Assembly (NCBI GenBank): GCA_903813345.2
Contig: CAIIXF020000001.1
Location: forward strand, 26,102,001-26,166,000
Source of the DNA: Owenia fusiformis
Lineage: Eukaryota
DNA: 64,000 bases
Direction of reading: 5' to 3'
Positions 37,899 through 49,850 of the stretch are shown here, piece after piece (positions within the stretch are counted from its first letter, which is position 1; each line of letters begins with the position of its first letter). The notes beneath the pieces are model-generated. The model was not told the DNA's origin. It did not search any database and saw only the letters and a program-made list of their open reading frames with translations. A program made the translations under genes and the position numbers.

Positions 37899-39897
37899 AT
37901 TGTTCAACTATAGTGAGATTACAGAAAGTATCGACGAAGGCAACAATACAGGAGAATGTGATTGTAATACATCTGAATTTAAGGATGAAGACCATGGTCA
38001 CGTCATAACAGGAAATCTGAAGATTATACAAAATTCAAAATTGAGAAAGCTATTTAGTAAAGGTCCTGGCTATAGAGAAAAACGAAACATTAACTTCAGG
38101 AAAGCAAAAGAAGAAATAAAGAAAGGAATAGATGAATATGCAATAAGTTGGACAAAAAATGAAAAAGTTTCAAAAGTATACTTAAATGAATGGAAAAATA
38201 CTGTAATGGAAAAGGTTAAACAAAAGATTGAGTTACTTCAAAATACAAAATTTAGACATATTAAAAATCCAAAGCAGACACTAAAGGACCATTATGCTAT
38301 GGAAGAACTCAATCAACTCAAGGAAAAATATGCCATTGTACCTATTGATAAGGCAGCAAATAATATTGGGTTTATGTGCAAACAATACTACATAAAGAAG
38401 ATTAAAGAGGAAATTGGGAGTGACACCTATCAAAGGATAGAAGATAAAGGAGAAGAAGATATAGTGGAGGAAATCAAAGAGACAATGAAAACAAAATTCA
38501 AGATTGAACCGGGAGAAGAACAAAATATTATACCAAGGATTCATCTTACAATTAAAATGCATAAACAGCCAATTAAATTTAGATATATCATTGGCTCAAA
38601 GAAAAGTTCTGTAAAACCAGCTGCCAAAAAACTGACCAAAATTCTTAAACTAGTGCAATATACTAACAAAAGATACTGTGAGAAGATTAAGGATTATACA
38701 GGTGCCAATAGGATGTGGATCAGTGACAATAACCAAAATATGTTAGATAATATTAAAAGTGTAAATTTAAGGAACGGGGCAAGAAACATAGCCTCGTATG
38801 ATTTCTCTACACTATACACAAAGATTAATCTAACTGACATAAAGGAAAAACTGAAATGGGTGATAGATAAAGCCTTCAGAGGAGGAACTAACCAAAAGAT
38901 AACAGTAGGTGGAGATGAAGCCAAATGGGGTGGAAAGGCGGATAATAAAAAGGCATATACCAAAGGAGAGTGCAATGATCTAGTGGATTTCATCGTGGAT
39001 ACAGCCTACTTTAAAGCAGGGAAATCAATTCTAAGACAGAAAATTGGAATACCGATGGGAATCGATCCGGCGCCATATATGGCAAACCTATACTTATACT
39101 GTTATGAATTTCAAGCCATTGAGAAAATGTATAGGGAAGACTACTCCAAAGTACTAAAATATGCTAAAACTACAAGATTTATCGATGATTTATGTACTAT
39201 AAACAACGACGGAGAAATGGAGACTGATATGAAGAACATCTATCCTGAAGAACTAGTGTTAAACAAGGAAAATGAGAAGGATACAGAAACAACTTTTCTG
39301 GACATACAAATGAAAATAGTAAATAAACAAATCACTACAAAACTATACGACAAAAGGGAAAACTTCAATTTCCAAATAGTCTCATATCCTGATCTATCTG
39401 GAAATATTCCTAGAAACCAATCTTATGGAATATTTATATCACAAATAATAAGGATTTCAAGAATTTGCAGTCAACTGGAAGATGCAACAAACAGAGTTAC
39501 CAACCTGGGAAATAAACTACAATGTCAAGGCTACAGGAGCAACATACTAAATTCGTATACTAAGAAAGCTATAACAAGAAATAAATGGATATGTACTAAA
39601 TACAATATGCAGGAGAATATCATCATGAAGGACTGGAAAATTAATGAGAGAAGAGAACATTAACAAATGAATATGAAACCGTATCTTCTCCGCAAAGAGG
39701 GTAAACTAAGATGACAAATCAGCATAAGACCAACAGTAAGGGGAAGGGGAGAGTTTTCCGGCCGGATCAAAACGTTTAACCCACCTATGCGCAGTCTCAA
39801 GTCTGTGGACCCTGAAGAAAGATAAGTAACATCGCAATCAAATCAAGACAAAGAAGAAGAAAATGAATGAAGAAACCAATGCAGCAACAACAAATGA
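37899..39897 (+). mobile_element. 5'-truncated Penelope-like retroelement (Naiad-like) inserted in a CCGT microsatellite
   Basis: 16-bp TSD CGTCCGTTGGTCCGTC (37883-37898 and 39898-39913); RT ORF plus a ~230-bp 3' tail. Confidence 0.8.
37900..39663 (+). CDS. Penelope-like reverse transcriptase, N-terminally truncated, no C-terminal GIY-YIG
   Basis: Open frame of about 587 codons with DKAANN, YDFSTLYT, GIPMG..AP..ANLYL, RFIDDL, FLD and YDKR motifs. Confidence 0.88.
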   Translation: MFNYSEITESIDEGNNTGECDCNTSEFKDEDHGHVITGNLKIIQNSKLRKLFSKGPGYREKRNINFRKAKEEIKKGIDEYAISWTKNEKVSKVYLNEWKNTVMEKVKQKIELLQNTKFRHIKNPKQTLKDHYAMEELNQLKEKYAIVPIDKAANNIGFMCKQYYIKKIKEEIGSDTYQRIEDKGEEDIVEEIKETMKTKFKIEPGEEQNIIPRIHLTIKMHKQPIKFRYIIGSKKSSVKPAAKKLTKILKLVQYTNKRYCEKIKDYTGANRMWISDNNQNMLDNIKSVNLRNGARNIASYDFSTLYTKINLTDIKEKLKWVIDKAFRGGTNQKITVGGDEAKWGGKADNKKAYTKGECNDLVDFIVDTAYFKAGKSILRQKIGIPMGIDPAPYMANLYLYCYEFQAIEKMYREDYSKVLKYAKTTRFIDDLCTINNDGEMETDMKNIYPEELVLNKENEKDTETTFLDIQMKIVNKQITTKLYDKRENFNFQIVSYPDLSGNIPRNQSYGIFISQIIRISRICSQLEDATNRVTNLGNKLQCQGYRSNILNSYTKKAITRNKWICTKYNMQENIIMKDWKINERREH

Positions 39898-42256
39898 CGT
39901 CCGTTGGTCCGTCCGTCCGTCCGTCCGTCCGTCCGTCCGTCCGTCAACATTGGCCGCACAAATTAAAACTGCTATTCGGATTGACTCATATCCACATTCA
40001 TTTTATGCATATCCATAATGCCTATTTGACCTATCATCGTCATTTCCCAAGTTCGCCCGGTTTCCGAGAAATTGCAGATTTTGACGTCAAAAAGTCAAAT
40101 TTTCTGTAAATACTAGACACTTTGTTGAAGAAGAACTTTCAAATAACTTTTAGTAGTTGGTGTATATGCAACTTATGTCCTCTGAAGATTTCAAAGCTCT
40201 TGGAATTACGGTTTTTGGTGTTTACTCTATAAAATTTGAAAAAAAGTAGGACTTTGTCATTTTCAGGAAACTTTCTCATGTATAAAGTCAATGGCAGGTT
40301 TTGTGATTGACAAGATTCTTAAAGTTTGCCTTATACTTGATCATTTCCTGCAATAAATTACATCATTAATAGATTTAAGCATTCCTTACATATTTCTCAA
40401 TATATGTCAGCATCAAACTTTTACCGTTTTTGAGATATTTGACGTAAAAAAAACAGTAAAAATAAGTTATTTTTCATTCAATTTGACCAAATGTTTTTTT
40501 GAAAATCATCTACAAGTTGCCAGGAGTTCAAATCTGAAATTAGTTTTAGGATTTGACCTTTACTTGACCTTCAGTGACCTTCGAAAGGTCAAAAAAGTTG
40601 ATTTTTCAAATTGATTTTTGGATGTAAATTTTGGTCAGCTTAATCACAAAAGACCTTACTGAGCTCTGAATAAGTAAAATTTTCAAGGTCATAGGTCATC
40701 AAACTAGGTCACACAACTATGCTATCAAAGTTTCTCAAAGTTCGAGACTACAAATCCAAATCAATATTTTTGTTTGAAAGTCAGGATATAAATTCCTCTG
40801 AAGGTTCCAAACTGTGTGAGCACAGGACCGTGGGTCCTTCATTTTTTAATTTTTCTTGCATCAATATGTTGCGTTTTGACACAAAGTTAACCACTTTAAA
40901 GGAATAAGTGATTCCTCTAGGGGTTTTAAAGATACCCATTATGGGTGACCAAACTTAGCTGAAAGCAATGATTTTCCCTATGGGAAAATAACATGGGAAA
41001 TATTGTTTTCCACTTAATCTTAAAGGAATCACTTATTCCTTTTAAGGGATTAACTTTGTGTCCCTAGAAATTGGCCAAAATCAAACATATGACTGTCCAA
41101 AATCTGTTGCGCTAATTTCCCTCCACCTTTGTGGAAATTTCTTCCACCTTAAAGACATATTACTCCACCCCCTCCCTCCGTTCACTCCCCCCTCCGTTCA
41201 ATTTTAATTATTTTCGATTATTTTTTATCTATCATTTGGAAAATTATTTTAAAATACCGGCAAAGAATTTTGTGATAAAAACATCGCTTATATATTTATT
41301 ACAGGTCGTAAAGACCATTGTTGCTTTATTTATAGCAAAAACATTGGCATTTGCACGTTGGCGAGGTTGCGCCTTTTTTAATAAATCTTTTATCTTAGAA
41401 CTCCATCAGTTCAAAAAAAATCCAAGAAGACCTAACATATTTCCCTGTGCACTGCAACTATTCATTTAGCCATTCAATTTTTTCTTGAAAAAATAAATCT
41501 TCAACATTTGTTGAATTTACCGAAAATCAGCTACTCCCCCCTCCGTTCATTTCATCAGATCACCGGGCGTGAGACTGCCAAAAGTCATTGAATCATCTTA
41601 ACTTTGATGAAAAATATGGTCACTATAGCTACTCGTGTTTCGGGGTATGTGGGATAAATCATTAAAATATTTGAGTATAAAGTGTTCATACAGCGCATGT
41701 TTTAATACAGCATCACAATACTAATATAGCATAATATAGCAAAAGGTTTTTATTTGGTCTTCAAACTGTCATATGTTGGACTTCGGCTATCTATTGGGGA
41801 TTTGAACGGGTGCATATGTTAGGCCAATGCATTAACTCCAGATCAAGCACTCATCGAGGTAATCAAATAATTTGGACTTTGAGACAGGGAAGGTTTTTCT
41901 GAAATGTTGTCCTGATTTTCAGCCCTTTCCACATATGTTTTTTCAATGTTTGAGGCACCAATATGTTGCACTTTGAGACACAGTTAACCTCTAAAATATG
42001 ATTTATTTGGGATCAAGTGGAAAACAGTACATGTATTTCCCATGTTATTTTCCCATAGGGAAAACTCATGTGATCCATTGTTTTCAGCTAAATTTTGGTC
42101 ATTCAAAATTGATACCTTTAAAACCCCTGCATGAATCATATTTTCATTTAAAACGCAACAGAGTGATCGATGCAACAAACGTTGAAAAACAGGTGTGGAA
42201 AAGGCTGGAAATCAGGACAACATTACAGAAAAAACATGTTGATGGGGTGCAAATTT

Positions 42257-42740
42257 CAGGCCTGTCAACTTGGGGACACCTAACATGAGTGACTTGCAAA
42301 TGTTGAACACCTTTGTTCAAATTTTGGACACCTTGGTCCAAATCTGAACATCTTGGCCACAATTTGAGCACCTTGTTTTCAATTTTATTGCATTTAATCA
42401 AATTTTGGACACCTCAATTTTTCGCGCTCGCTACCCTCGCGATCTGACAACGGGGGGGGGGGGGTAGGTACGAAAATTTTCAATTAACATGCGTGACACA
42501 TACGGGATTCGCGTGACAAATACGAACAAATTGCGTTCGGTTTTTTCCGACGTTCGTATTTTTACCGTATCGTCAACATATTTTTAAAAATTTTCTACAG
42601 AAATATTTTTGCGTGACAATTACCAGGTAAAATGCGTATTTGCGTGACATTTTCTGTCACGCAAAAAAAACTGGCGTGACTTCAAATTCTTCAGCAAATG
42701 CGTGACAAATACGCAAATTGCGGGACAGTTGACAGGCCTG
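42257..42740. mobile_element. hAT-like MITE, copy 2
   Basis: TIR CAGGCCTGTCAACT; AAATTT on both sides. Confidence 0.82.
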
Positions 42741-43669
42741 AAATTTGCACCTTCCCTGACTTAAAGTCCAAATTATTTTATAAACTCTATGAGTGCTTGT
42801 CCTGGAGTTAATGCATCGGCCTAACATATGCACCTGTTCAAATCCTCAGAAAATAGCCAAAATCCAATATATGACTGAAATCTGTTGTGATACCGTCTGT
42901 GGTTATTTCTAGTTACATAGAGTAGTTTTCATTCTCATCAATACATCTTTGCCTTGAAATCATTCGTGAAACAAGTGGTTTGACCTTTATGGAAATTTGC
43001 TTAATTTTGACACACCTTTGTTTAACTTATACTGTCTTTAAGGCTGCCTTATCTGAAACCCCGAAGTGTCTCTTGTTTCAAATGTTTAAACAATCAAGTC
43101 TCATCTTGCCTTTATTTCAAACTCTAATTTCCAGACTCGAGTCCAATCAAAAATGAATTATCTACATGGAAGTTTGTGAAGTCCTTTATTTCTGAAACTG
43201 TTTTCAATACTAATTATTTTCAGGTAATTGCTTTACAAAATTATTGTGCATTGTGAATCTTCATTACCTATCTGATACATATTTTCCTCGGCAAACTTTA
43301 TTTTCATAGAACACATCATGAATCTTTTATTCCACATTCTCAATTTTGCATCAGTTATGTTTCAAGGATTTTTTCCCTGGCTCACTAAGAAGGATTCCAT
43401 TAACATTAAAATAAGTCATGGGAAGTAGGTCATAAGAAAGAGGAACACTGAGTTCCACCCATTCCAATGATGCAGGTTTTGTGCTAATTTTGAATATCTT
43501 TATGGTACTTTTACAGGTAATGGGCTAATGGCTTTAGCAAATTGCAGAAATGTTAAAGTTAGTTTTTTGGTCAAAGTAGGTTGTGAAATCACTAAAGATA
43601 AGTCATGAATCTTATATTATAAATGTGTTTTAAATCAACTTGTTTACCTGAAAATAAAATGTGGTCACA

Positions 43670-46600
43670 TAGTAGATGGGTTAACTACATTTCGACTTCA
43701 TTGTATGATGCAAATGTCCCCTTTGGCATGAAAGTACCTTAGGGCAATAGAAATAAATTTATCCAAAGACACAAGCTAGATGACGCTTTATATTGGAAAT
43801 ATACACATTTTTCAAAATGGCCGCCAAAAATTCATCAGAGACAATATCTTTGATTCTGTACATGCTACAATTAAACGATTGGTGTCAAAAAATACAGCGA
43901 TGTAGTCGTAGAATCTATTTTATTAGATCTTGAGTCTTGAAAATTAAGAACTTCCACTTTATATTCAAAATATACGCGTTTTTCAAAATGACTGCCAGAA
44001 ATATAACAAAGAAGATATCTTGACTTACGAATACTTACAAATTAAGATATCTTACCTTACAAAATGTCCCCTTTGGCATTGACATACCTTAGGGCAATAG
44101 AAACAAATTTATCCAAAGACACAAGCTAGATGGCGCTTTATATTGGAAATATACACATTTTTCAAAATGGCCGCCAAAAATGCATCAGAGACAATAGTTT
44201 TGCTTCTGTGCATGCTACAATTATAAGAGAGGTGTCAAAAAATACATTAATGTAGTTGTAGAATCTATTTAATTAGGTTTCAAGTCTTGTAAATTCAGCA
44301 CTTGCACTTTATATTCAAAATATATGCATTTTTCAAAATGGATGCCAGAAATATAACAAAGAAGATATCTTCGCTTCTAAGCATCCTACAATGATAAGAG
44401 TGGTGTCAAAGTATACATAATATTGGGTTGTAGAATCCATTTAAATAGATCTTTCATAATAAGAATTTTCACTTTAAAGGAAATTATGCGCTTTTAAAAA
44501 TGGCCACCAGAAATATAACAATTATGATATCTTCAAATCAGTGCATGCTACACTGATACGATTGGTGTCAAAATTTTATATCTATGGGGTAGGAGAATCA
44601 ATTTTATTAAGTTTGGTGAGATTATAGTTTTCACTTTATATTGGAAATATATGCAGCTGAAAATATAACAAAGCTTGTATCTTTGCTAACAAAGATTGTA
44701 CCTTTGCTAACAAAGATTGTACCTTTGCTAACAAAGATTGTATCTTTGCTAACAAAAATTGTATCTTTGCTAAAAGTCTCTTTACTTCTGGGCATAATAT
44801 TTCATAAAATTGGCTTCAAAATCTACATTTTTGGGAATGTAAAATCTATTTAATTACGCAGATGCAAGTAGGTAGTTACTATTTTCCCCACCAGGTGGTT
44901 AATTCGGGTGAAATAACATTGCAGAGTATTACAAAGTTCCCTTAAACTTGAATATTATTTGGTGGTTCACATTTCATATTACTAGTTTGTATCTGATAGT
45001 TGTACAAACTAAAATATCTCCAGTTAAAGAAAATATTATTTGCACAACACAAGAAAAGATATTTCACTTTTTGTGTTTTACAACATGGGGACTATGGGGA
45101 ATCTCCCTGACCTAAATGTCACATTTTTGAAGAAAATTTAATTTTAAAGTTGATGGACTCATTTCAAAACCACATTTCTTGATGTCTTTTTTATGACGAT
45201 TCCAAATTCAACATCAGATAGACTGAATTTTGAATGACAAAAATAAAGATTGTTACTACTCGCATCTAGTAAATTGGATTATGAGCCTTAAAAATAATCG
45301 CTTTCGGCGTAACACAGCAAATGTGTATTTATCTTTCAATCTTCTTTTTACTCAAATTCACCAGAAAGACCAGTGTCTCTTTAATAACTTGCAATAAACA
45401 AGCATCTGCAATGGTAGTGCAACTTTAGTTGTTGCAATGCAACATACATAACAGAGAAATGTGATAGATAGAAACCACGCAGGACAGACATACATATGTA
45501 CATATAGTTAGAAAGGGCCAGAAACCTTCTGGCGAGAGAAAATCTTGAAGATCGAGATACATTTCAAGGGCTGCATATGATGACAGTAATGCAGAACCCT
45601 CTTCATCTCCTCTGACCAAATCATGGACGATGTCTATGTTTTCCGAGTCCTCCACTAATCCAACCAACAAACTATTAATCTTGTTGATTGGCAACCATTT
45701 TGAAAAAGACATGTATGTACACACATACAGCACTGAATATTGTCATATTGAGAAAAATATTCTTATTTTCTCATTTCAACATTTAAGAGATTAAAATTTT
45801 AAGATTTTAAACGGCAATGTGTCTTTCACCATGACTACTTCTACTATAAATACAGTGTTTATTATTAAAACAATGTCTTTTATTCCAAGTGAAGTCCCCA
45901 TGATTGTAAAATATGAATACAACTTTCTGGAAAATTATGGATTATTATTATATTATTGGCACTTTTTTAAAATGTTTAAGCTTATTTTGTAAAAAGATGA
46001 TCTTGTTTTTCTCAATTAAAACATATCAAAAGTTGTCTCACTTTATATCAACAATTACTTAAAAGTGGACGGTATTTGAAATGCACTGAAGTTGAAAACC
46101 ACATCCCCCATGCTATCCATTGTTTTCAGCATTGTTTCTGTCATGGCTAATTGATATTCAAACTACACTTTCGAACTATTCTACTTTTGAAGTTTAAGAG
46201 CCCTTGTTAGATCTATTTTTGTAATATTTTCCACAGCCATTGGAAAAAGGCATACATTTTCAATAAAAAGTGAAAATGTTAGATAACTAATAGACATACA
46301 GTACAATATCAGAATTTCCGCTGATTTAAACATTTTGGTGACCATTTAGTCAATGCTAAAAATTATATTTAGACAATAAAAAATTGAGATCTAACTTAAT
46401 ATAATGTAACCATACCTTGACGACATATCTAGGAAGTAATAGCTAATCAGCTCCTTCTCTGGGACATTTTGAATTTTCTGAGGCATTAATCATAAAATTA
46501 ACACCATCTTCAATTTAATTGAGTACATATGGCCATACTTTGAAGGATTCTGACAATAATTGCAAAATCATACATAAGATAAACAATGAACTGACAGACT

Positions 46601-47096
46601 GACGGACGGAGGGCTTCACTATATCCCCACTGAACTATATCCCCACTAAAGACTAAAAACCTTATCAAATGAATTCTACCACCCATTAATGTATACTTTG
46701 ATATCAATCTTACTATTGTAGCATGCATACAAGTGAAGATATCATCTTTGTTACATCTTTGGCAGCCATTTTGAAAAAGGCATAATTTTTTGATATAAAG
46801 AGGAAATTCCTAATTTTCAAGACTCAAACCCATATTATATTGATTCTTCACCCACAAAATGTATATTTAGGCACCAATCGTATGATTATAGTATCCATAG
46901 AAGAAAATATATTGTCTCCGTTGTATTTTTGGCGGCCATTTTGAAAAATTTGAATATTTCCAATATAAAGCGCCATCTGGCGTGTGTCTTTGGATAAATT
47001 TGATTCTATGGTCCTAAGGTACTCTCATGTCAAAGGAAACGTTTGCATCATAGATTGAAGTCCAGACCCCCTAAAATGCAGTTAACCCATCTACTA
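43670..47096. mobile_element. Non-autonomous Academ-like DNA transposon (3.4 kb)
   Basis: TIR TAGTAGATGGGTTAACT / AGTTAACCCATCTACTA, 3-bp TSD ACA, long subterminal inverted and tandem blocks (caaaatggccgccaaaaat). Confidence 0.75.
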
Positions 47097-47441
47097 ACAG
47101 CTTTTCTGAACATGCTGATGTACCCGAATGGTGTCTTATTCATAATGTGATAAATGAAATCATTGTGGTATGTATGTGGAGTCTATTTCCATTATAATAA
47201 TACATTTACTTTAGTACATGGATTCTCTCCTAATATTATTTCCTTATAAATATCCAAACTTTAATCAAAAGCAGTTTCAAAATTATCGTATATTGTATTT
47301 CACCTAAAATATCGTATATGGTATAAGAGCTGTGAAAAATATTGTATATGGTATAAAAGGGGTGAAAAAATATTGTATATGGTATAAGAGAGCTGAAAAA
47401 TATTGTATATGCATTTCCAAGACCCTCTATACACCCTCCCC

Positions 47442-49756
47442 ATTGGCGCTTGGTAGTGGTAAATGTGGTTAATTGCTGCTTGGTAGTGGTAAATGTGGTT
47501 AATTGGCGCTTGGTAGTGGTAAATGTGGTTAATTGGCGCTTGGTAGTGGTAAATGTGGTTAATTGGCACTTGGTAGTGGTAAATGTGGTTAATTACTGCT
47601 TGGTAGTGGTAAATGTGGTTATTTGGCGCTAGGTAGTGGTAAATGTGGTTAATTGGCGCTTGGTAGTGGTAAATGTTGTTAATTGCAGCTTGGTAGTGGT
47701 AAATGTGGTTAATTGCCGCTTGGTAGTGGTAAATGTGGTTAATTGGCGCTTGGTAGTGGTAAATGTGGTTAATTGGCGCTTGGTAGTGGTAAATGTGGTT
47801 AATTGGCGCTTGGTAGTGGTAAATGTGGTTAATTGCCGCTTGGTAGTGGTAAATGTGGTTAATTGCCGCTTGGTAGTGGTAAATGTGGTTAATTGCCGCT
47901 TGGTAGTGGTAAATGTGGTTAATTGCCGCTTGGTAGTGGTAAATGTGGTTAATTTGTGCTTGGTAGTGGTAAATGTGGTTAATTGGCGCTTTGTAGTGGT
48001 AAATGTGGTTAATTGCCGCTTGGTAGTGGTAAATGTGGTTAATTGACGCTTGTTAGTGGTAAATGTGGTTAATTGACGCTTGGTAGTGGTAAATGTGGTT
48101 AATTGCCGCTTGGTAGTGGTAAATGTGGTTAATTGCCGCTTGGTAGTGGTAAATGTGGTTAATTGGCGCTTGGTAGTGGTAAATGTGGTTAATTGGCGCT
48201 TGGTAGTGGTAAATGTGGTTAATTGGCGCTTGGTAGTGGTAAATGTGGTTAATTGCCGCTTGGTAGTGGTAAATGTGGTTAATTGCCGCTTGGTAGTGGT
48301 AAATATGGTTAATTGGCGCTTGGTAGTGGTAAATGTGGTTAATTGGTGCTTGGTAGTGGTAAATGTGGTTAATTGGTGCTTGGTAGTGGTAAATGTGGTT
48401 AATTGGCGCTTGGTAGTGGTAAATGTGGTTAATTGGCGCTTGGTAGTGGTAAATGTGGTTAATTGCCGCTTGGTAGTGGTAAATGTGGTTAAATGACGCT
48501 TGTTAGTGGTAAATGTGGTTAATTGACGCTTGGTAGTGGTAAATGTGGTTAATTGCCGCTTGGTAGTGGTAAATGTGGTTAATTGCCGCTTGGTAGTGGT
48601 AAATGTGGTTAATTGGCGCTTGGTAGTGGTAAATGTGGTTAATTGGCGCTTGGTAGTGGTAAATGTGGTTAATTGCCGCTTGGTAGTGGTAAATATGGTT
48701 AATTGGCGCTTGGTAGTGGTAAATGTGGTTAATTGGCGCTTGGTAGTGGTAAATGTGGTTAATTGGCGCTTGGTAGTGGTAAATGTGGTTAATTGCCGCT
48801 TGGTAGTGGTAAATGTGGTTAATTGCCGCTTGGTAGTGGTAAATGTGGTTAATTGCCGCTTGGTAGTGGTAAATGTGGTTAATTGCCGCTTGGTAGTGGT
48901 AATTGTGGTTAATTGCCGCTTGGTAGTGGTAAATGTGGTTAATTGCCGCTTGGTAGTGGTAAATGTGGTTAATTGCCGCTTGGTAGTGGTAAATGTGGTT
49001 AAATGACGCTTGTTAGTGGTAAATGTGGTTAATTGACGCTTGGTAGTGGTAAATGCGGTTAATTGCCGCTTGGTAGTGGTAAATGTGGTTAATTGCCGCT
49101 TGGTAGTGGTAAATGTGGTTAATTGGCGCTTGGTAGTGGTAAATGTGGTTAATTGGCGCTTGGTAGTGGTAAATGTGGTTAATTGGCGCTTGGTAGTGGT
49201 AAATGTGGTTAATTGGCGCTTGGTAGTGGTAAATGTGGTTAATTGACGCTTGGTAGTGGTAAATATGGTTAATTGGCGCTTGGTAGTGGTAAATGTGGTT
49301 AATTGGCGCTTGGTAGTGGTAAATGTGGTTAATTGGCGCTTGGTAGTGGTAAATGTGGTTAATTGGCGATTGGTAGTGGTAAATGTGGTTAATTGCCGCT
49401 TGGTAGTGGTAAATGTGGTTAATTGCCGCTTGGTAGTGGTAAATGTGGTTAATTGCCGCTTGGTAGTGGTAAATGTGGTTAATTGGCGCTTGGTAGTGGT
49501 AAATGTGGTTAATTGGTGCTTGGTAGTGGTAAATGTGGTTAATTGGCGCTTGGTAGTGGTAAATGTGGTTAATTGCCGCTTGGTAGTGGTAAATGTGGTT
49601 AATTGCCGCGTGGTAGTGGTAAATGTGGTTAATTGCCGCGTGGTAGTGGTAAATGTGGTTAATTGCCGCTTGGTAGTGGTAAATGTGGTTAATTGCAGCT
49701 TGGTAGTGGTAAATGTGGTTAATTGCCTGGTAGTGGTAAATGTGGTTAATTGGCGC
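47442..49756 (+). repeat. 30-bp minisatellite, about 77 units, same unit and orientation as 17543-18103
   Basis: Direct inspection. Confidence 0.97.
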
Positions 49757-49758
49757 CT

Positions 49759-49823
49759 AGGTTAGGGTTAAGTTAGGGTTAATTATGGTTAGGTTGAGGG
49801 AGGTGGAAAATGCTAGGGTTAGG
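49759..49823 (+). repeat. Short degenerate TTAGGG-like tract
   Basis: aggttagggttaagttagggttaattatggttagg...tagggttagg. Confidence 0.7.
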
Positions 49824-49850
49824 TAACATTATGCGACATAATAACAAAAA

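Larger units (their letters stand above)
37592..41133. mobile_element. TIR element (CACAAAGG.GGAGGGAAATTAGCGCAACAG termini) containing a Helentron/HINE-like insert and the Penelope-like RT
   Basis: ~60-bp inverted termini; a related diverged copy lies at about 41765-42890. Confidence 0.65.
18460..41575. mobile_element. ~1-kb palindromic MITE with arms at 18460-18900 and 41140-41575, separated by nested inserts
   Basis: The arms are diverged reverse complements over about 430 bp. Confidence 0.6.
18104..47441. mobile_element. TIR element inserted in the 30-bp array and inflated to ~29 kb by nested insertions
   Basis: Termini GGGG(G/A)GGGTGTATAGAG / CTCTATACACCCTCCCC, flanking ATTGGC(G) duplication, shared ~33-bp subterminal repeats; the array resumes in register. 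Confidence 0.6.

Noticed and set aside
39664-39897. Hammerhead ribozyme or SECIS in the Penelope-like 3' tail
   Set aside because: CTGAAGA and ATGAC..AA words are present, but I could not build the required stems or the GAAA/GA pairing by eye.
49759-49823. True telomere or chromosome fusion site
   Set aside because: Only a few degenerate units in one orientation.
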